From a virus (lineage: Duplodnaviria; Caudoviricetes): a DNA stretch of 64,000 nt. The notes under the pieces were generated by a model. That model was not told the origin of the DNA. It did not search any database and saw only the letters and a list, made by a program, of their open reading frames with translations. Location of the stretch: IMG/VR virus record IMGVR_UViG_3300030708_002798, one strand, 5' to 3'. A program made the translations under genes and the position numbers. The number at the start of each line of letters is the position of its first letter. Position 1 is the stretch's first letter. Of the stretch, positions 10,401-21,400 are shown piece after piece.

Positions 10401-12196
10401 GGTACAGACTGTCCAGACTCATTATAAGTAACGAGATCATTTACTTTAAAATCTCTAGAGAAGTCACGATCTGCTTGAGTAACAACCCCAGAAGCAATTC
10501 TACATGCACCTAGTTCTAGAACTCTAGTTTGCTTAATATCACCACTGAATGTGCTGATTCCAGACACACCATGAACTGATTTAACATTTTGAATATTATA
10601 GGTATCTACACTTGTAGTGATTCTATCACTATCTTGACCATCAAAGAGTAATTCCTCACCCTTGATGAAAGTACCATTGACGTTATATGCGGTAACAATT
10701 CCTGAGTTAGATACATCATATCTCAAGAATCCGACAGCACCACTAGATTTACCTTTAATGAAGGTTGGAGTGCTTAATGTTGTTAGATTTTCGTTTAGGG
10801 TTAGATCTGTAAATGGAATTACGTCAAAGAGAGAAATATCCCAAGTATTTGCAGTTGGATTTGTGCTATCATATGATCCACTCTCTAAAGCAAAGTCATA
10901 TACACGAGCTAGACCAATTTCTTTACCTGCTGCAATAGTTGCTGCAGAACCTACTCTTTCATTTCTTAGAGATAGTGTATACGTTGTAGATACACCGATA
11001 TCTGGAGTACCATATACATTATTAAGTGAAAATGTAGATCCAGTGAGGTACTCAATTCCTTGATTTTTAAGTGTTTTAGTCTCTCTAGTTTTATTAAAAT
11101 CTGTAATTACACTTGTAGGGATATTACACTCATATCCCTGAACATATGCCTTACCTGCAGAAATGACATAACAACCAATTTCTTCTCTAGCAACTTGACC
11201 AGTAGCAGTTGGTTCACCAGCCTCAAACACACCATCACTACCGAGAAAGTCTTGTAGAGAATTCTTTACATCAAGACTAAATGGTTTTACATAATAGTTG
11301 CCACTCTCATCAAAAGTTCTTCTTGCCAATTCATCTGCAAGAATATTATATTCTGGATTATCTACCTTTGATTTGGTTACTTGACCATTTACTACTCTAG
11401 CAATTTCAATGAAATTTTGAGGAACTGGTCCAGAGATAACCGCAGTCAGTACTGGATCAAGTTTTAAACGATCAGCACCTGGTGCTGCATAGTTTACAAA
11501 TCCTTGAGAGTTATCATATAGAGTTTCATCATCATATGCACTAACAAGTGATTCTTTAACATCAAATCCTAACTTGAATGAAGGTCTAGGATCATCAACA
11601 CTTACTGCCAGAGTCTGTTCATCAACATTTACAAAATTGCCTCTAAGATAAAAGATACCATCAGTAATCTTAGCAATACAACCAGACTTTTCCCCTTTGA
11701 TTAAAGCAATACTAGCACCAGCATTTAGACTGGTAATAGCAGTATCAGTTAGCGCAACAGTATCTTGAGTGATGAGTGGTTCATCAGCAAAGAAAACTTC
11801 TGTTTCATTATCTCCACCAGCTGCAATAATATTTACAAAAATATGATATCCTTCTACATGCTCAATTTTTGCCTTTACACCAGATATTTCACCGATAATA
11901 ACTTTACCGATGAATGACTTGATGTACTCTGCTACATCTAACCCATTATAACTTTCACCCAATTCATATACAGCATGATCTGATGTAACTGATAGAGAAC
12001 CTGGAATTACTACAGATCCTTCTTTAAAAATATGATCACCAAACTTTTCAATTTGGTTGCCAAGAATTGACTGAATAGTAGTTAGTTCTCTTGCTTGGAC
12101 AGGTTGTCCAGGTTTGAACAGAACTTTGTGGTATTTCTTTGACTCATCAAAATCATCAAAATAAGGAAAAGTGTTGAGGTTAGTGTTCTGTGGCAT
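4445..12196 (-). CDS. Large baseplate-associated virion protein (VrlC/DUF4815-like) with Pro/Arg-rich insertion
   Basis: 2583 aa; PYFDDFDESKKYHKVLFKPGQPVQARELT, APGADRLK, LARRTFDESGNY, KRYRMQDI..LE.RV.NLEYYT, DPVAQSF, C-terminal PRVRDLRAIA; follows gp8. Confidence 0.85.
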   Translation of the reverse strand: MPQNTNLNTFPYFDDFDESKKYHKVLFKPGQPVQARELTTIQSILGNQIEKFGDHIFKEGSVVIPGSLSVTSDHAVYELGESYNGLDVAEYIKSFIGKVIIGEISGVKAKIEHVEGYHIFVNIIAAGGDNETEVFFADEPLITQDTVALTDTAITSLNAGASIALIKGEKSGCIAKITDGIFYLRGNFVNVDEQTLAVSVDDPRPSFKLGFDVKESLVSAYDDETLYDNSQGFVNYAAPGADRLKLDPVLTAVISGPVPQNFIEIARVVNGQVTKSKVDNPEYNILADELARRTFDESGNYYVKPFSLDVKNSLQDFLGSDGVFEAGEPTATGQVAREEIGCYVISAGKAYVQGYECNIPTSVITDFNKTRETKTLKNQGIEYLTGSTFSLNNVYGTPDIGVSTTYTLSLRNERVGSAATIAAGKEIGLARVYDFALESGSYDSTNPTANTWDISLFDVIPFTDLTLNENLTTLSTPTFIKGKSSGAVGFLRYDVSNSGIVTAYNVNGTFIKGEELLFDGQDSDRITTSVDTYNIQNVKSVHGVSGISTFSGDIKQTRVLELGACRIASGVVTQADRDFSRDFKVNDLVTYNESGQSVPTINRVSVVSTSSITLAAVEAVSGVCKGTVATGTVSSINVSKIVSALQRSEDNTLYTPLPKSNISNVNLLDSNVTIRKTFNVSIVSDETGGRVTILPAELETGETFLPFDEERYILTNKNGAHEELTTDKFTITSGSRELIIKGLSVTGDATLVATLKKIDLKAQSKVRNKVKTIIVNKSSLEGSGVGATTLNDGLTYGNFPYGSRVQDEDICLLEPDVTKIHAVYESTTTGDASIPRLTLSNINSFNASALDALDGERIQGTSGCVAVLSSKVSSTTVEVVYINDKTFAKDEEITFLDSKIEAVVDAVTAGDNDVTDKYTLNTGSRSTIYDYSRLVRKPNTNAPTKRLTVVYEYASINSTDTGSFLIADSYENFDYGEVGSVDGIRHTDILDIRPRVKTYTVTEGARSPFEFLGRSFDSTQNENIDILAPDETINVDYSFYLGRIDRIYLNKEKTFQIINGIPSETPALPLPLENALEVAQVILPPYLYSPDDVKINLLKHKRYRMQDIALLEQRVKNLEYYTQLSVLELNTANLDIKDSDGTDRFKSGFFVDNFTNVNSQLRVNTKNSIDISNNELRPSSYTTSIDLVLGSTALTGVNGAKDDTVDPRYVNDLIGNNIRRSTVNPNPGFEGTDGMGLLTLDYDEVQFFEQPTATRVVNAAPYFVQFYKGSLTLNPSSDIWIEQSRVETQTVEGLISGFNITNVTANPRDLDPQAGWSPTVWGAWNEEWTGRSTSRNTRSQSETLQIPGNQFLTRGSQTTTTSITSETVTRTGTRSRTGESQRLVNTPGNNISLGDRIISSNVSSFMRARNVEFIARRLKPNTEVTPFFDTTNVENYCVPKLIEIEMISGTFEVGETVQSAQSPRPGITQDLPWISFRVASPHHRTGPFNDPIDIYPLNPYTNVEQPRLYSTASTVLNVDLATLALEATGQYYGYIDDGMILEGQNSGARARVTDVRLVTDDIGSIRGSFYIPNPNAPGAPKFRSGSSSFKISDSPNFNPVGGQSTTEAEKAFFSTGTIDSVQGTVISTRNVEIQNAQLTQTEPISDTRTSIVDVNVNVTREEPRAIPLPPPPPPVIVVQPNPVPVPNPVPVPVPRPVPSPPPAPVPPRPAPPRPRPPRPEPRRPRPAPPPPAPPRRSRRRRRGRRRRGRSRRRPPAPPRRRRDPVAQSFSVGNDTDSTGIFVTSVDLYFQSTSETASCFVQLRPMVNGFPSSEEIYPLSHVDLHGSKIRVSEDGSAATTVFFPAPVYLEGGKDHCIVVGSDVTDFNLWISRLGETDVSTLALPESQQVPVTQQPTLGSMFKSQNGRSWTPSQFDDLKFELNRAQFVEEGKISFFNPDLTAGNRQVATLQKDSLNVSSRRIIVGLGTTAVSWGTEIEPGNTVKQDDSNATGNYVMGLGIATGTMSVTNAGLGLTPAAGFFQYDNVALTKLTGQGQNATANIHVNNGVAAAATISDGGNGFKVGDVLTATIGGGVGRNLQLSVSEVYGINELILDQVQGDFNVGGGKTLRYVNSSGVTSEFSNNASVTLDTAPRIVTDGLHIKVNHRNHGMHSGTNQVVIENVLSNIPPTTISAEVVRDSTADIVLEDASEFATFEGVGVGTTNPGYAKIGSEIISYEGVTGNTLESVTRQIDSTVAGGYDAGQLIYKYENSGVSLRRINKTHQLQDATVSEARDLDYYNIKIDNSDNGVDRSSSTSLPTLYLNETRSTGGESVTATQNIQFEIMKPITQIMQVTKTNVSGRVRTVSATSVSGDEVSFVDQGYQTIDMDADNYFDTPRMIASKTNADNLLDDMPGNRSFELELSLSSLDSRLSPVIDLDRMGAVFVSNRVNEIVTNFVTDRRVATLTEDPSAFVYASKPVALEIPANNIRLLLAAYINNFSDIRAFYALTDDPSKDLIYYPFPGYDNLLESGQVDDINESNGRPDSRVAPTDTKGFDSTALTFKDYEFTIENLPSFKYFSVKLVATSTNQCYPPRVRDLRAIAFS

Positions 12197-12201
12197 AATT
12201 C

Positions 12202-13770
12202 TTAGAATTGCAATACGATTTTGATATCTTCTCTTTGATTTTCAGACCTTGTGATTGATGGTCGATTGTCAACGTAAACTAAGTCTCCAGAGTACTTCTT
12301 CACCTCTGGTTCAGAAACACCATCACTGAACGTTTGTCCAAGATAGTAATTTAGATTATTTATAGTGAATGTATCACCATCAAATGTATCATCAATTTTC
12401 AAATCTTTATTTGATCCTTCAATGGTCAAGTCTCCACCAGTACCTAATGTTGACGTAAATTCGATCAGTTTATTACCATAAATGTCAGTATCATCCGTAT
12501 TTTCTAGATCATTATTAAAACCATATGTTGATCTATCTTGCCAATACTTTAGAACACCAGTATTTTTGTTATATGAAACTACACGTCCAACTGCAGTAGA
12601 TCCTGTTGCAACAGTTTGAGTTACTGTTGCATTAGGTTCAAAAATTGCATTCTTGTAATCATTGACATTATTTACACCAGTCAGTTTCAGTGCATATAAG
12701 GCACTTACTTGATTTGTCTGCAACAATTCGGTAGAATTAAATGCTAGTGGGTTAGCAATAATGCCAATTCTTGAAATTTTATTACCCACGATGAAATCTG
12801 GGTTTGTATTGTCGTTCTTAATCTGGGAAAAGATTAGAACTTTAGTACAACCCAACTCTCTATAAATGTCTGCACCATGTCCACCCTTTGGAGGAATGAT
12901 TACATCAAAAGTTGGTGTTGTTGTGGAACTTGTGGGGAAGTTACCTGTTGTCAAATCAACTCTTGCAAAAGTATATCCACTACCACCATTTGAGATGGTA
13001 ATAGATTCAACCTTTGACTGGTTATTAACAACGATAGTTGCCTCACCGTCTTTACCGTCACCAATGATCTTACAAGTATAAACTTGGTTTGCTGATCCAA
13101 CAGAAACACCTCTGTTAGTAACAGTAGCAATCTTCAGCTGACCACTATTTGCTGCATTAACTCTTACAGATTGATATTCGTCTGCAGTATCCCAATCTGT
13201 AGGTACAGTAATGTAGTTTAGTGTATCAAATTTTACGATGTCATTAGGGTTAATAGTATAAAGATATTTCCAAATATAACCATCACCACTAGTGCCAGCA
13301 CTTCTTGGTTCTAGATCAACGAATGTTGGTTCGTCTAGAGAAGGTCTGCCATTTGGGTTCTCTGGATCAGCACCATTTTGGAGGCAAATATAAACCTTGA
13401 AGTCTTTGTTGACTACAAAGTAGTTTGCAGAATACAAACTAGTTGCTAAAGATGGTTGTGAAAGATTATCTCTATTGATATCATGACGATACATGTCATA
13501 AGTAATACCTGATGTCCAAGTATTCTTTTTGACAGCAAATTTTACATCATTCTTAGAGATCTTTTTCAGACCAATTACAGTATCCCAATTATGCTCTTCT
13601 TCAGCAAAATTATCCTTTGGTGCAGGAGGATCTTCATCCCAAGATGATTCATAATCTTCAGGATTAGTTAAACCAACAAAGGTATAATAAGAATTGGAAT
13701 TTGAAGTAATTTCATTAATGAAATTCTTCGCATTCAATATTCTAAGTTGATCTGTTACGATTGCAGACAT
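12202..13770 (-). CDS. gp8: Baseplate wedge subunit gp8
   Basis: MSAIVTDQLRILNAKNF, VYICLQNG, DGYIWKYLYTI, YSGDLVYVDNR..ITR...QREDIKIVLQF. Confidence 0.92.
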   Translation of the reverse strand: MSAIVTDQLRILNAKNFINEITSNSNSYYTFVGLTNPEDYESSWDEDPPAPKDNFAEEEHNWDTVIGLKKISKNDVKFAVKKNTWTSGITYDMYRHDINRDNLSQPSLATSLYSANYFVVNKDFKVYICLQNGADPENPNGRPSLDEPTFVDLEPRSAGTSGDGYIWKYLYTINPNDIVKFDTLNYITVPTDWDTADEYQSVRVNAANSGQLKIATVTNRGVSVGSANQVYTCKIIGDGKDGEATIVVNNQSKVESITISNGGSGYTFARVDLTTGNFPTSSTTTPTFDVIIPPKGGHGADIYRELGCTKVLIFSQIKNDNTNPDFIVGNKISRIGIIANPLAFNSTELLQTNQVSALYALKLTGVNNVNDYKNAIFEPNATVTQTVATGSTAVGRVVSYNKNTGVLKYWQDRSTYGFNNDLENTDDTDIYGNKLIEFTSTLGTGGDLTIEGSNKDLKIDDTFDGDTFTINNLNYYLGQTFSDGVSEPEVKKYSGDLVYVDNRPSITRSENQREDIKIVLQF

Positions 13771-13788
13771 GATCGTTTATTTTTTAGT

Positions 13789-13796
13789 TATTTATA
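13789..13796 (-). promoter_or_regulatory. T4-type late promoter TATAAATA upstream of gp8
   Basis: Perfect TATAAATA on the minus strand 18 nt before the gp8 ATG. Confidence 0.8.
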
Positions 13797-13809
13797 GGTG
13801 TTTTTAGAA

Positions 13810-15372
13810 TCAAGCAGTTCTGTATGAACCATTAACGATGATAAATTTGTTTACCACATCATTATATTCTGGTTTTGCATCACCAGAACCACCAGATAGA
13901 TGAACTGCTGTCAAGTTGGATGTTCCTCCTTGTGCTCTCATCATAAAATTAGTTAAGTTTGCATCTGTTTGTGCTGCTAATATATAATAATTTGATGCAG
14001 TACCGAATGCGTTGAAAGGTAGACCACCAATAATGATGTCATCAGCATCAGCAGTGCCATCAAACTGAAGATATGCTTGAATATGACACAGATTACCAAC
14101 TCTTATAAAAGTAGCACTAGTAACAGTCATTGTGCCACCATAAGCTGTTGCAGTAGGAGTCCAAGTACCTTCTTCATAGTGATTTAGAATCTCACTAGTC
14201 ATTCCAGAAACATTTGTCTGGATCTGACTGAAATCAATACCTTTGCTTCTCAGTTGGACTTCACCATCAGCAGTCAAACGAAGTCTTTCAGTTAATGTAC
14301 CTGAACCTTCCGTGAAAAATAACAACGAGGCATTTGTACTATTCGTCTGATCCATTTGGATTTTTGCCTTAGGATCAGTGGCACTCGAATGCTCATCAAA
14401 AACAATCGATGGGTTATTACTTGATTTTGTGATTGTCAGGTCACCAGATATATCAAGAATTGATCTTGGTGCTGAAGAATTGATACCCACATTACCAGCA
14501 GAAGTTATACGAAGTCTTTCTGATGGTGTAGCTGCAGTTTCTACACCAAAAACTAAATCAGTTGTTCCATCAGCAACTTCCATACGTGCTCTTGTTGCAG
14601 CATCTGCTCTAAAGAGAACTGCAGCACCATTATCAGATGAATTAAGTGTAAGAGTTTTTCTTCCACTGGTTTCACTTCCAATATCTACTGCTCCACTAGT
14701 TACACGAAGTGTCTCACTACCACCAGCCTCTACTGTAAATGTATCAGCAGCAGGGAATCTAATTGCAGTGTCTGAATCGGCAGTATGGAAAAGACTATCA
14801 GCAATAGAGACATTTGTAACGAATGTAGCAGCACCAGATACGTTTACATCATCTAGCTCAGAAGTTCCTTCAACGTCAATATTTGCTGAGAAAAATGCAT
14901 TCTCAGAGACTGTAACCTTATCTAAGAAAGTATCACCATCTACGTCCAGAGTGCCGTTTGCATCGATGTTACCTGTAAAGGTAGATACACCAGCAACACT
15001 TAAACTTCCCAGTCCTGCATGGACCGTTACGTCAATATCTGTGGAGAATGTAGAAACACCTGCAGTAACTACAAGACCACCATCAGTGATTCTTACACCT
15101 GTTCTTGCGGTAATTAAACCAACAGAATCAATATTTTCTACATCTTCATAAGTCAGAGTGCCAGCAATGCTCACACCACCACTGAAAGATGCTCCAGTGG
15201 CAGTGATAAAACCAACATCAATATCAGGATCACCAGTCAATAAACTAGTTCCATCACCCAAAGCATCATAAATTTCTTGAAAGTTATCATTTACTTTCTT
15301 TGCACCTAGAATGAGGGAATCCCCAGTACCGTCATTTGGTGAAGAACCTGTTCCTATACCTTGAAGTGCCAT
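13810..15372 (-). CDS. gp9/gp10-like baseplate-anchored fibre protein
   Basis: N-terminal IGTGSSPNDGTGDSL..GAKKVNDNFQEIY is the T4 gp9/gp10 N-terminal motif; repeated ERLRI/L beta segments; C-terminal YEEGTWTP domain. Confidence 0.75.
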   Translation of the reverse strand: MALQGIGTGSSPNDGTGDSLILGAKKVNDNFQEIYDALGDGTSLLTGDPDIDVGFITATGASFSGGVSIAGTLTYEDVENIDSVGLITARTGVRITDGGLVVTAGVSTFSTDIDVTVHAGLGSLSVAGVSTFTGNIDANGTLDVDGDTFLDKVTVSENAFFSANIDVEGTSELDDVNVSGAATFVTNVSIADSLFHTADSDTAIRFPAADTFTVEAGGSETLRVTSGAVDIGSETSGRKTLTLNSSDNGAAVLFRADAATRARMEVADGTTDLVFGVETAATPSERLRITSAGNVGINSSAPRSILDISGDLTITKSSNNPSIVFDEHSSATDPKAKIQMDQTNSTNASLLFFTEGSGTLTERLRLTADGEVQLRSKGIDFSQIQTNVSGMTSEILNHYEEGTWTPTATAYGGTMTVTSATFIRVGNLCHIQAYLQFDGTADADDIIIGGLPFNAFGTASNYYILAAQTDANLTNFMMRAQGGTSNLTAVHLSGGSGDAKPEYNDVVNKFIIVNGSYRTA

Positions 15373-15395
15373 TATTATAGTAAATCTTTATGACT

Positions 15396-15402
15396 TATTT
15401 AT
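15396..15402 (-). promoter_or_regulatory. T4-type late promoter (ATAAATA)
   Basis: ATAAATA in the short intergenic gap before the 13810-15372 gene. Confidence 0.6.
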
Positions 15403-15405
15403 GCA

Positions 15406-18400
15406 TCAGTCAGTGTACTGAGTATAAAGTTTGGTTCTTAGTGGGAAGGTTCTTCTAATGAATGGTGAGGTAGTAACACCTACATATCCATTTTCATGAT
15501 AAGAATCAAATACTAGTGGGGATCTTCTACTCTTAGTTGGGTGCCAAGAAATTCTACCCCAGGAGAAGTTACCGAAGTAATCATTATCACCACCCTCACT
15601 ATCGAATGTGGTAAATGAATCGTCGAAAGTTTCTAAACCGTTGTCGAAAGTATTAGACTCTTGTGAGAGTGTAATTGGTTCAGCAACTAGTGTAGTAACT
15701 ACGAGAATGTCTGTATTACCAATACCAGCAACACTTTCTGTGGTTCTTTCAATATCATATGCTTGATATACATTATCCATTCTAACTGTGCTGTATCCGA
15801 TAGAATTTCCACTACCATCACTTGCGAGTGATGTAACACCAGAACCAATATTGGTATTTGACATTGTAAAGTAGTGGTCCGTTATGATTCCACTAATACC
15901 TGTTGTAACAAAACCAACATTCTTCACTCCAATGTTTCTTAGATAAGAATCATGTGGTACATATAGACTTAACTTGAGTGCAGTTGATCCAACACCGACA
16001 ACCGTATTTGCGACAGATACAATAGTACCAAAGTCACCATCATATTCTACTAGTCTAATTGGTTCAATTCTTGGTTTTGGTTCTTCAATGATAATCATTG
16101 GTTTCTGGGTAGAAGTATAACCAGAACCTGCATTTGTGATTGTGATAGAATCGACAGAACCATTAGAGATTGTACATGTAGCAATCGCAGTTGTACCGCC
16201 AGCACCAGGTGCTCCGATAGCAATCTGTGGATTACCTGTATAACCTGCACCAGCATTACTGATGGTGATGCTTGTAATTGTTCCACTTGCGGAAACTACA
16301 GGAGTACCAAATGCTGGTGCAGTTTCTTCTTGAGAAATAATTTGAATCTGACCCAATTTCTTCTCAATAATATTCTCATTTTCATTATCAAAGAAAGTGG
16401 ATACATTTTCTACCCAAGCAATGGTTGTATCAACACCAACGGGTTGAATTAGATTAGTATGTGGGAAGATATCTGGTTCGTATAGATTTCTATCTTTACC
16501 AACATAACTACCATTGATGAAAATGTCTTCAGTTTGCTTACATGCCATTACTGGTCTTTCAATGGTTTCATCATTAAGTCTTCCAATACCAGTGTATGGA
16601 TTAGTTAGAAGAATGTCGGAAGATAGAATGTCTTCAACTGTTCTCTTACTTTGAGTCTGTGATGGAACATCAGACATTAACTTAACTTTATCTCCAATTT
16701 CAATTGGTTCTACAATATCAACTTCCTCAACATCAACATCTCTAGTTCCACGATAGAAGATAACTCTAGAGGTATATTCTTTAGGAACTGGTTCTGCGAA
16801 GATAACCAAACTTCCACCCTTAACAGTGTATGCCTGATCAGGAATTTGTAGAACATCATTGATAAAGATCAGGAGAGTTGCTGCAACATTAATATTGCTT
16901 CCAGGTCTTGCTCTAATTGATAATCTTTCACCTTGGAATGAAAGTGGGAACACTCTGCGTACACCATCAAATCTATCATCTAGACTGTCTAGTTGTTGAA
17001 GTTGACCGATAGACCAAGCATCAAATTCATCTGTATGGGTTTTATTAACGGTAATTTGCAACTCTTCAAATGTCTTGCTGGTATCGGTTGGAATACCAGT
17101 AGATCCACCAATCGCAACGGTTAGTTTTTCACCTTGACCGTATGCATATCCATTATTATTAAACTTAAATTCACCCATAGTAGTATCTCTACTGATAAAC
17201 ATATCGAGAGATGCTTTTGTTCCTATTCCTTGAACAGAATCGTCAGAATAAATTAGAGGAACATTTGTATAACCTAGTGGTGCATCAATTTTAATCTCTG
17301 GTAGACTAGTTGTTGTGTAAGCAGTACCTGGATTTGTGATTGCAACACCAGTAATATGACCATTCAGAGCAGTTGCATAACCAACTTTAGTGATTGCTGT
17401 AGAAGTGACCGCAAAAACCCCAATATGGGTTTGAATGCCTGGTCTATAACCAGAACCACTATTACCAATACTAATTGCAGTAATTGAACCTAGACCAGAG
17501 ACGGTTGCTGTTGCACCTGCAGCAACGCATGGTTGATATCCAAGACCACTTGTAGATCCTACAGATACGATTACACCACCAACTGGTAGATTAGAACTGT
17601 TTACGTCCTCACCAGGTGTGAGTGTTGTAGGTTCAAATAGAATTTTAGTTCCATTATTAACTTCTTCAAATTCATAGTTACCAATAATAGAATTGATACC
17701 TATTCTCTTTGGTTGTTGGAAGATATCCTTAACCAGAATAATAGCATTGTCAGTAGAAATACCAGCAACACTAGTTCCACCACCAACAGTAAGTTCAAAA
17801 GAAGATCTAATACCAGTAAACCTAGTTGAGAGATCGTCAAAACGATAATTCTTGGTATAAGTCTCTGCAGTCTCATCAACTTCACTCGTTCTCATGAATG
17901 TTCTTCCATGGAAGAATGAATTAGTAGTAATACCAGTGTAATCTCTATCCGAAGGATCAACGAAAGGAACACCAAATTGGTTTTCAAGTTGAGTAACAGG
18001 TACTTTACCAAATGGTGGTGAAGTAAAGTTAATTGTAGATCCGACAATCTGATAGTTTCCTTTCAGTTTTGTCATGGTATCACCAGTTGTGTGAATACCC
18101 AATTCAGTTCCCAACCAAGGTCTTCTTACTCTCATTTTGTCTTGAGTACCAATACCCAAGTTCTCAATTAGCATTACCTCATCATTGACACGAACAATAT
18201 CACCAGAGAAGAATGATACAATACCCACAGTATTGATCAAAGTATCAGTTAGTGCAACATCTTCAGAAAGTGTGGTGACGATATCTAGATCAACCAGTGG
18301 TGATTGAACCATATTGTCAATAGTGTAAATACCCTTCGTATCTTTATTTGTTGCAGTTATTTTATGCTGAGTTCCAATACCAGCTGCATCAAGTGTTAAT

Positions 18401-21400
18401 GTAATAGGATTGAATTTTAGAGCATTTTCGGCAGTAGTTGCAAACTGAATCTTACTATCATCTACTTTAACTGCATAAAGATCTGAAGGTAGTTTATCTG
18501 TAGATCCGACACCTGGGACAGTTGTTGTTGCAATTCCTACAGCAGAACTGTCTTCTGGGAAAGAATACTTCAGTAATTCTCCAGTAACGAAGAAATGATT
18601 TGGTAGTACAAGTACATTTTCTTCGGTAGAAACTACAGTTCCTATAGAAGTTGCATCAAAGACTCTCTGGAAAATTAGATCACCTTGGTGTCTTAGTTCA
18701 AAACTTCTCTTAACGTCATTTTCCGTACCTGTATACTCATCGTATAGGGTTACAAAACGACCACCATCATAATCTATAGAACTAGTAGAAACACCTAGAT
18801 CAACTAGACCAAATGAATTTGAGAAGACACGAATTTCGATATCTTTATTTGGAACTGGACCACTAACTGCAATAGGTTCAAAGTGAAGTTCTGCTTTCTT
18901 CGATGTTGAGTTACGATAGACATAGAATGTTCCAATTCCAGTATCTTCAATATCTTCATCATTAGAAACTCTACCAAATTCAGAAATATAACCATCAATT
19001 TCATTATGAGTGAATACCAATTCCGAGAACTGAACTACATCATTAGTTTTGTCTTCAATACTTACATAAGCATTAAATCCTTTATATCTTTCAGGGAAAT
19101 CAATGACTAAGAATGATGTAGTCGCAGAACCTACAGATGTTGAAGCAAATCCTACTGTGGTTAAAGTAGTATTGTAAGTACTGTCACCGATAGCAGTTCT
19201 GGTTGTATTGGAGATAGATACGACAGTAGAAGAAACTGTGTAATCTGTAGAGAGACCACTATTTGGAACCAGTTTCATATCAATGGTATCAGAATTATAG
19301 TCAAACTGATACGTTCCAATTCCACCAGCAACATCCGAATCATAGTTACTAGTTTCTAGAGTTGCAAATTCAGATTCGTAGATATTGATTCCATCATGAA
19401 CGATGTTAAATTCGTCCATTTGGAAATATGACTCATCTGATGCTTTAATGGTTACGATTACCTTAGAGGAAGTATATGATGAATCAATTCCGACAATTTT
19501 ATATGCAGAATTAGTATTTTCTGGAACAGTTACGGTTTGAATACCGACTGCTGCAATATCACCAACATATTGAGTAGCAATTCCACTGATAGTATCAGAA
19601 ATTGCATAAGATGTACCACTAATATTATAATCAGTGAATCTAAACTCTACAGGATAGAACAGCAGTAGACCATTTCTTTCAAATACGCCAACATCAAAGT
19701 AACCGTGAACACTGTTAGTTTCTACTCGACCATATTGGTTTAGATAACCATAGTCACCGTCAAGAACGACGTTAACGATGATCATTTGTCTTTCACCTGG
19801 GAATTTTTTATTCGAGGTGAATAGAATATATTTTTTAGATGTAAATTTGTCCAGTGAGAATGTATCTACTGTGACAAATTTAGTTGCTCTAGGATTACTA
19901 TTAAACTGGTCACTAATATCATCAACAATTAATGCTCTGTTACCAATAGATTCAAAATAATCCACCATAACAAGTGAATTAAATCTCACCTCATCAGAAA
20001 GATAGTCCTTAATATTATTTTCTGTTGCAAGATCAATATCATGAACACAATTTAGATCGTAATATGAATCAATATCAGCAATACCTAAGAATCCTGATCC
20101 AGTCTGTTCTTGAGTTAGTCCAACAGTATCCTCTGAACGTTTTTCGGCATCAGATACAACTTGTAGTTCACTAAATCTCTTCAAACCACTTGGATGTGCT
20201 AGAGATTGTACAGGTTCTCTCCAACTGCTAATTCCAACTTCTGATTTAATTGAGTATGCAAAATACTGATAATAATCACTGTCATGAAGTCTCTGAGTTT
20301 CTTCATTTAAGTAACCTCTTCTATCAAAAGGCTTATATCTTTCAGCATTTGATGCATCGACAGAATAGTTAAGTGATGTAATACCAACAACTTCGGTTAG
20401 AGATCCACTAGAACCAGAAGTTTTACCAACAATAACATCACCAATTTTATAGAGTTCTGGAGATCCTGTGAAAATCTTAAGAATTTCATTTTTAACACTC
20501 CAAGAAACTACAAGATCTTCTTGAGTTCCATTTGTAACAATCTCATTCTCAAAATACTTGTTAGCAATTCTATTAACCTTGAATGTTGGGAAATATGATT
20601 CTGGAATAACTCGACCAGAAGTGAACAGGTCATCATATACACCAGGATTGTTATCAACAACAAAATCAGTTAATTTAAACTTAAATGATGGATTTTGACC
20701 ACCAATATTTGGATCATCTTCAGTTACAACAAATAGTTTCTTATAATCATAATCTACAGAATTGTAACCCTCATCTTTTCCGTCTGGATTTTTGGTAATA
20801 ACACCTTCAACCATGAACTTCTTGCCCACTCCAAAAGGCCAGGCAGATAATGTACTAAATCCAACAACATCAAGGGTTACAGTTGCTTCTTTATCACCAC
20901 TATCATATTCTATCTTAAGAATTTTGAATCCATTGCTATTATTGACTGGTAGTAGTCTTGGTTCAACATCATATAAGTTTTTGGTATTCTTAATAATCTT
21001 GACTTTGAAAGTATCTTCTTCGACATATAGAAGTTCGGCATCGTCAGCAATTTTATTAGTATAACCATCAATTAGAACAAGATCTGGAAGAACTGTATAG
21101 TTCTTTCCGACAGTAAGTACTTCAATATTATCAACAGAAGTTAGAGGGTCAATTTTAAATACTGTTGGAGTAAATGCTCTAGGTCTTACAGTTACATCAG
21201 ATGGGAAGTCAAAACCAATATTATCGATTTCAATATCCTTTGCAATACCAATAGATTCAGATTTAGGGAATAAAATAGCATCAATACCTTCTTTTGATTG
21301 TACTGATTCGATAACAGGAATCTTAATTAAATTAGCACCCTTAGAGATGAATGATACATCATTAATTGGACCCTTAGCAGTGGTTGATATCGTAGAATAT

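Noticed and set aside
14378-15151. 257-aa plus-strand Ser/Thr/Val-rich ORF
   Set aside because: Antisense shadow of the gp9/gp10-like fibre, explained by codon bias.
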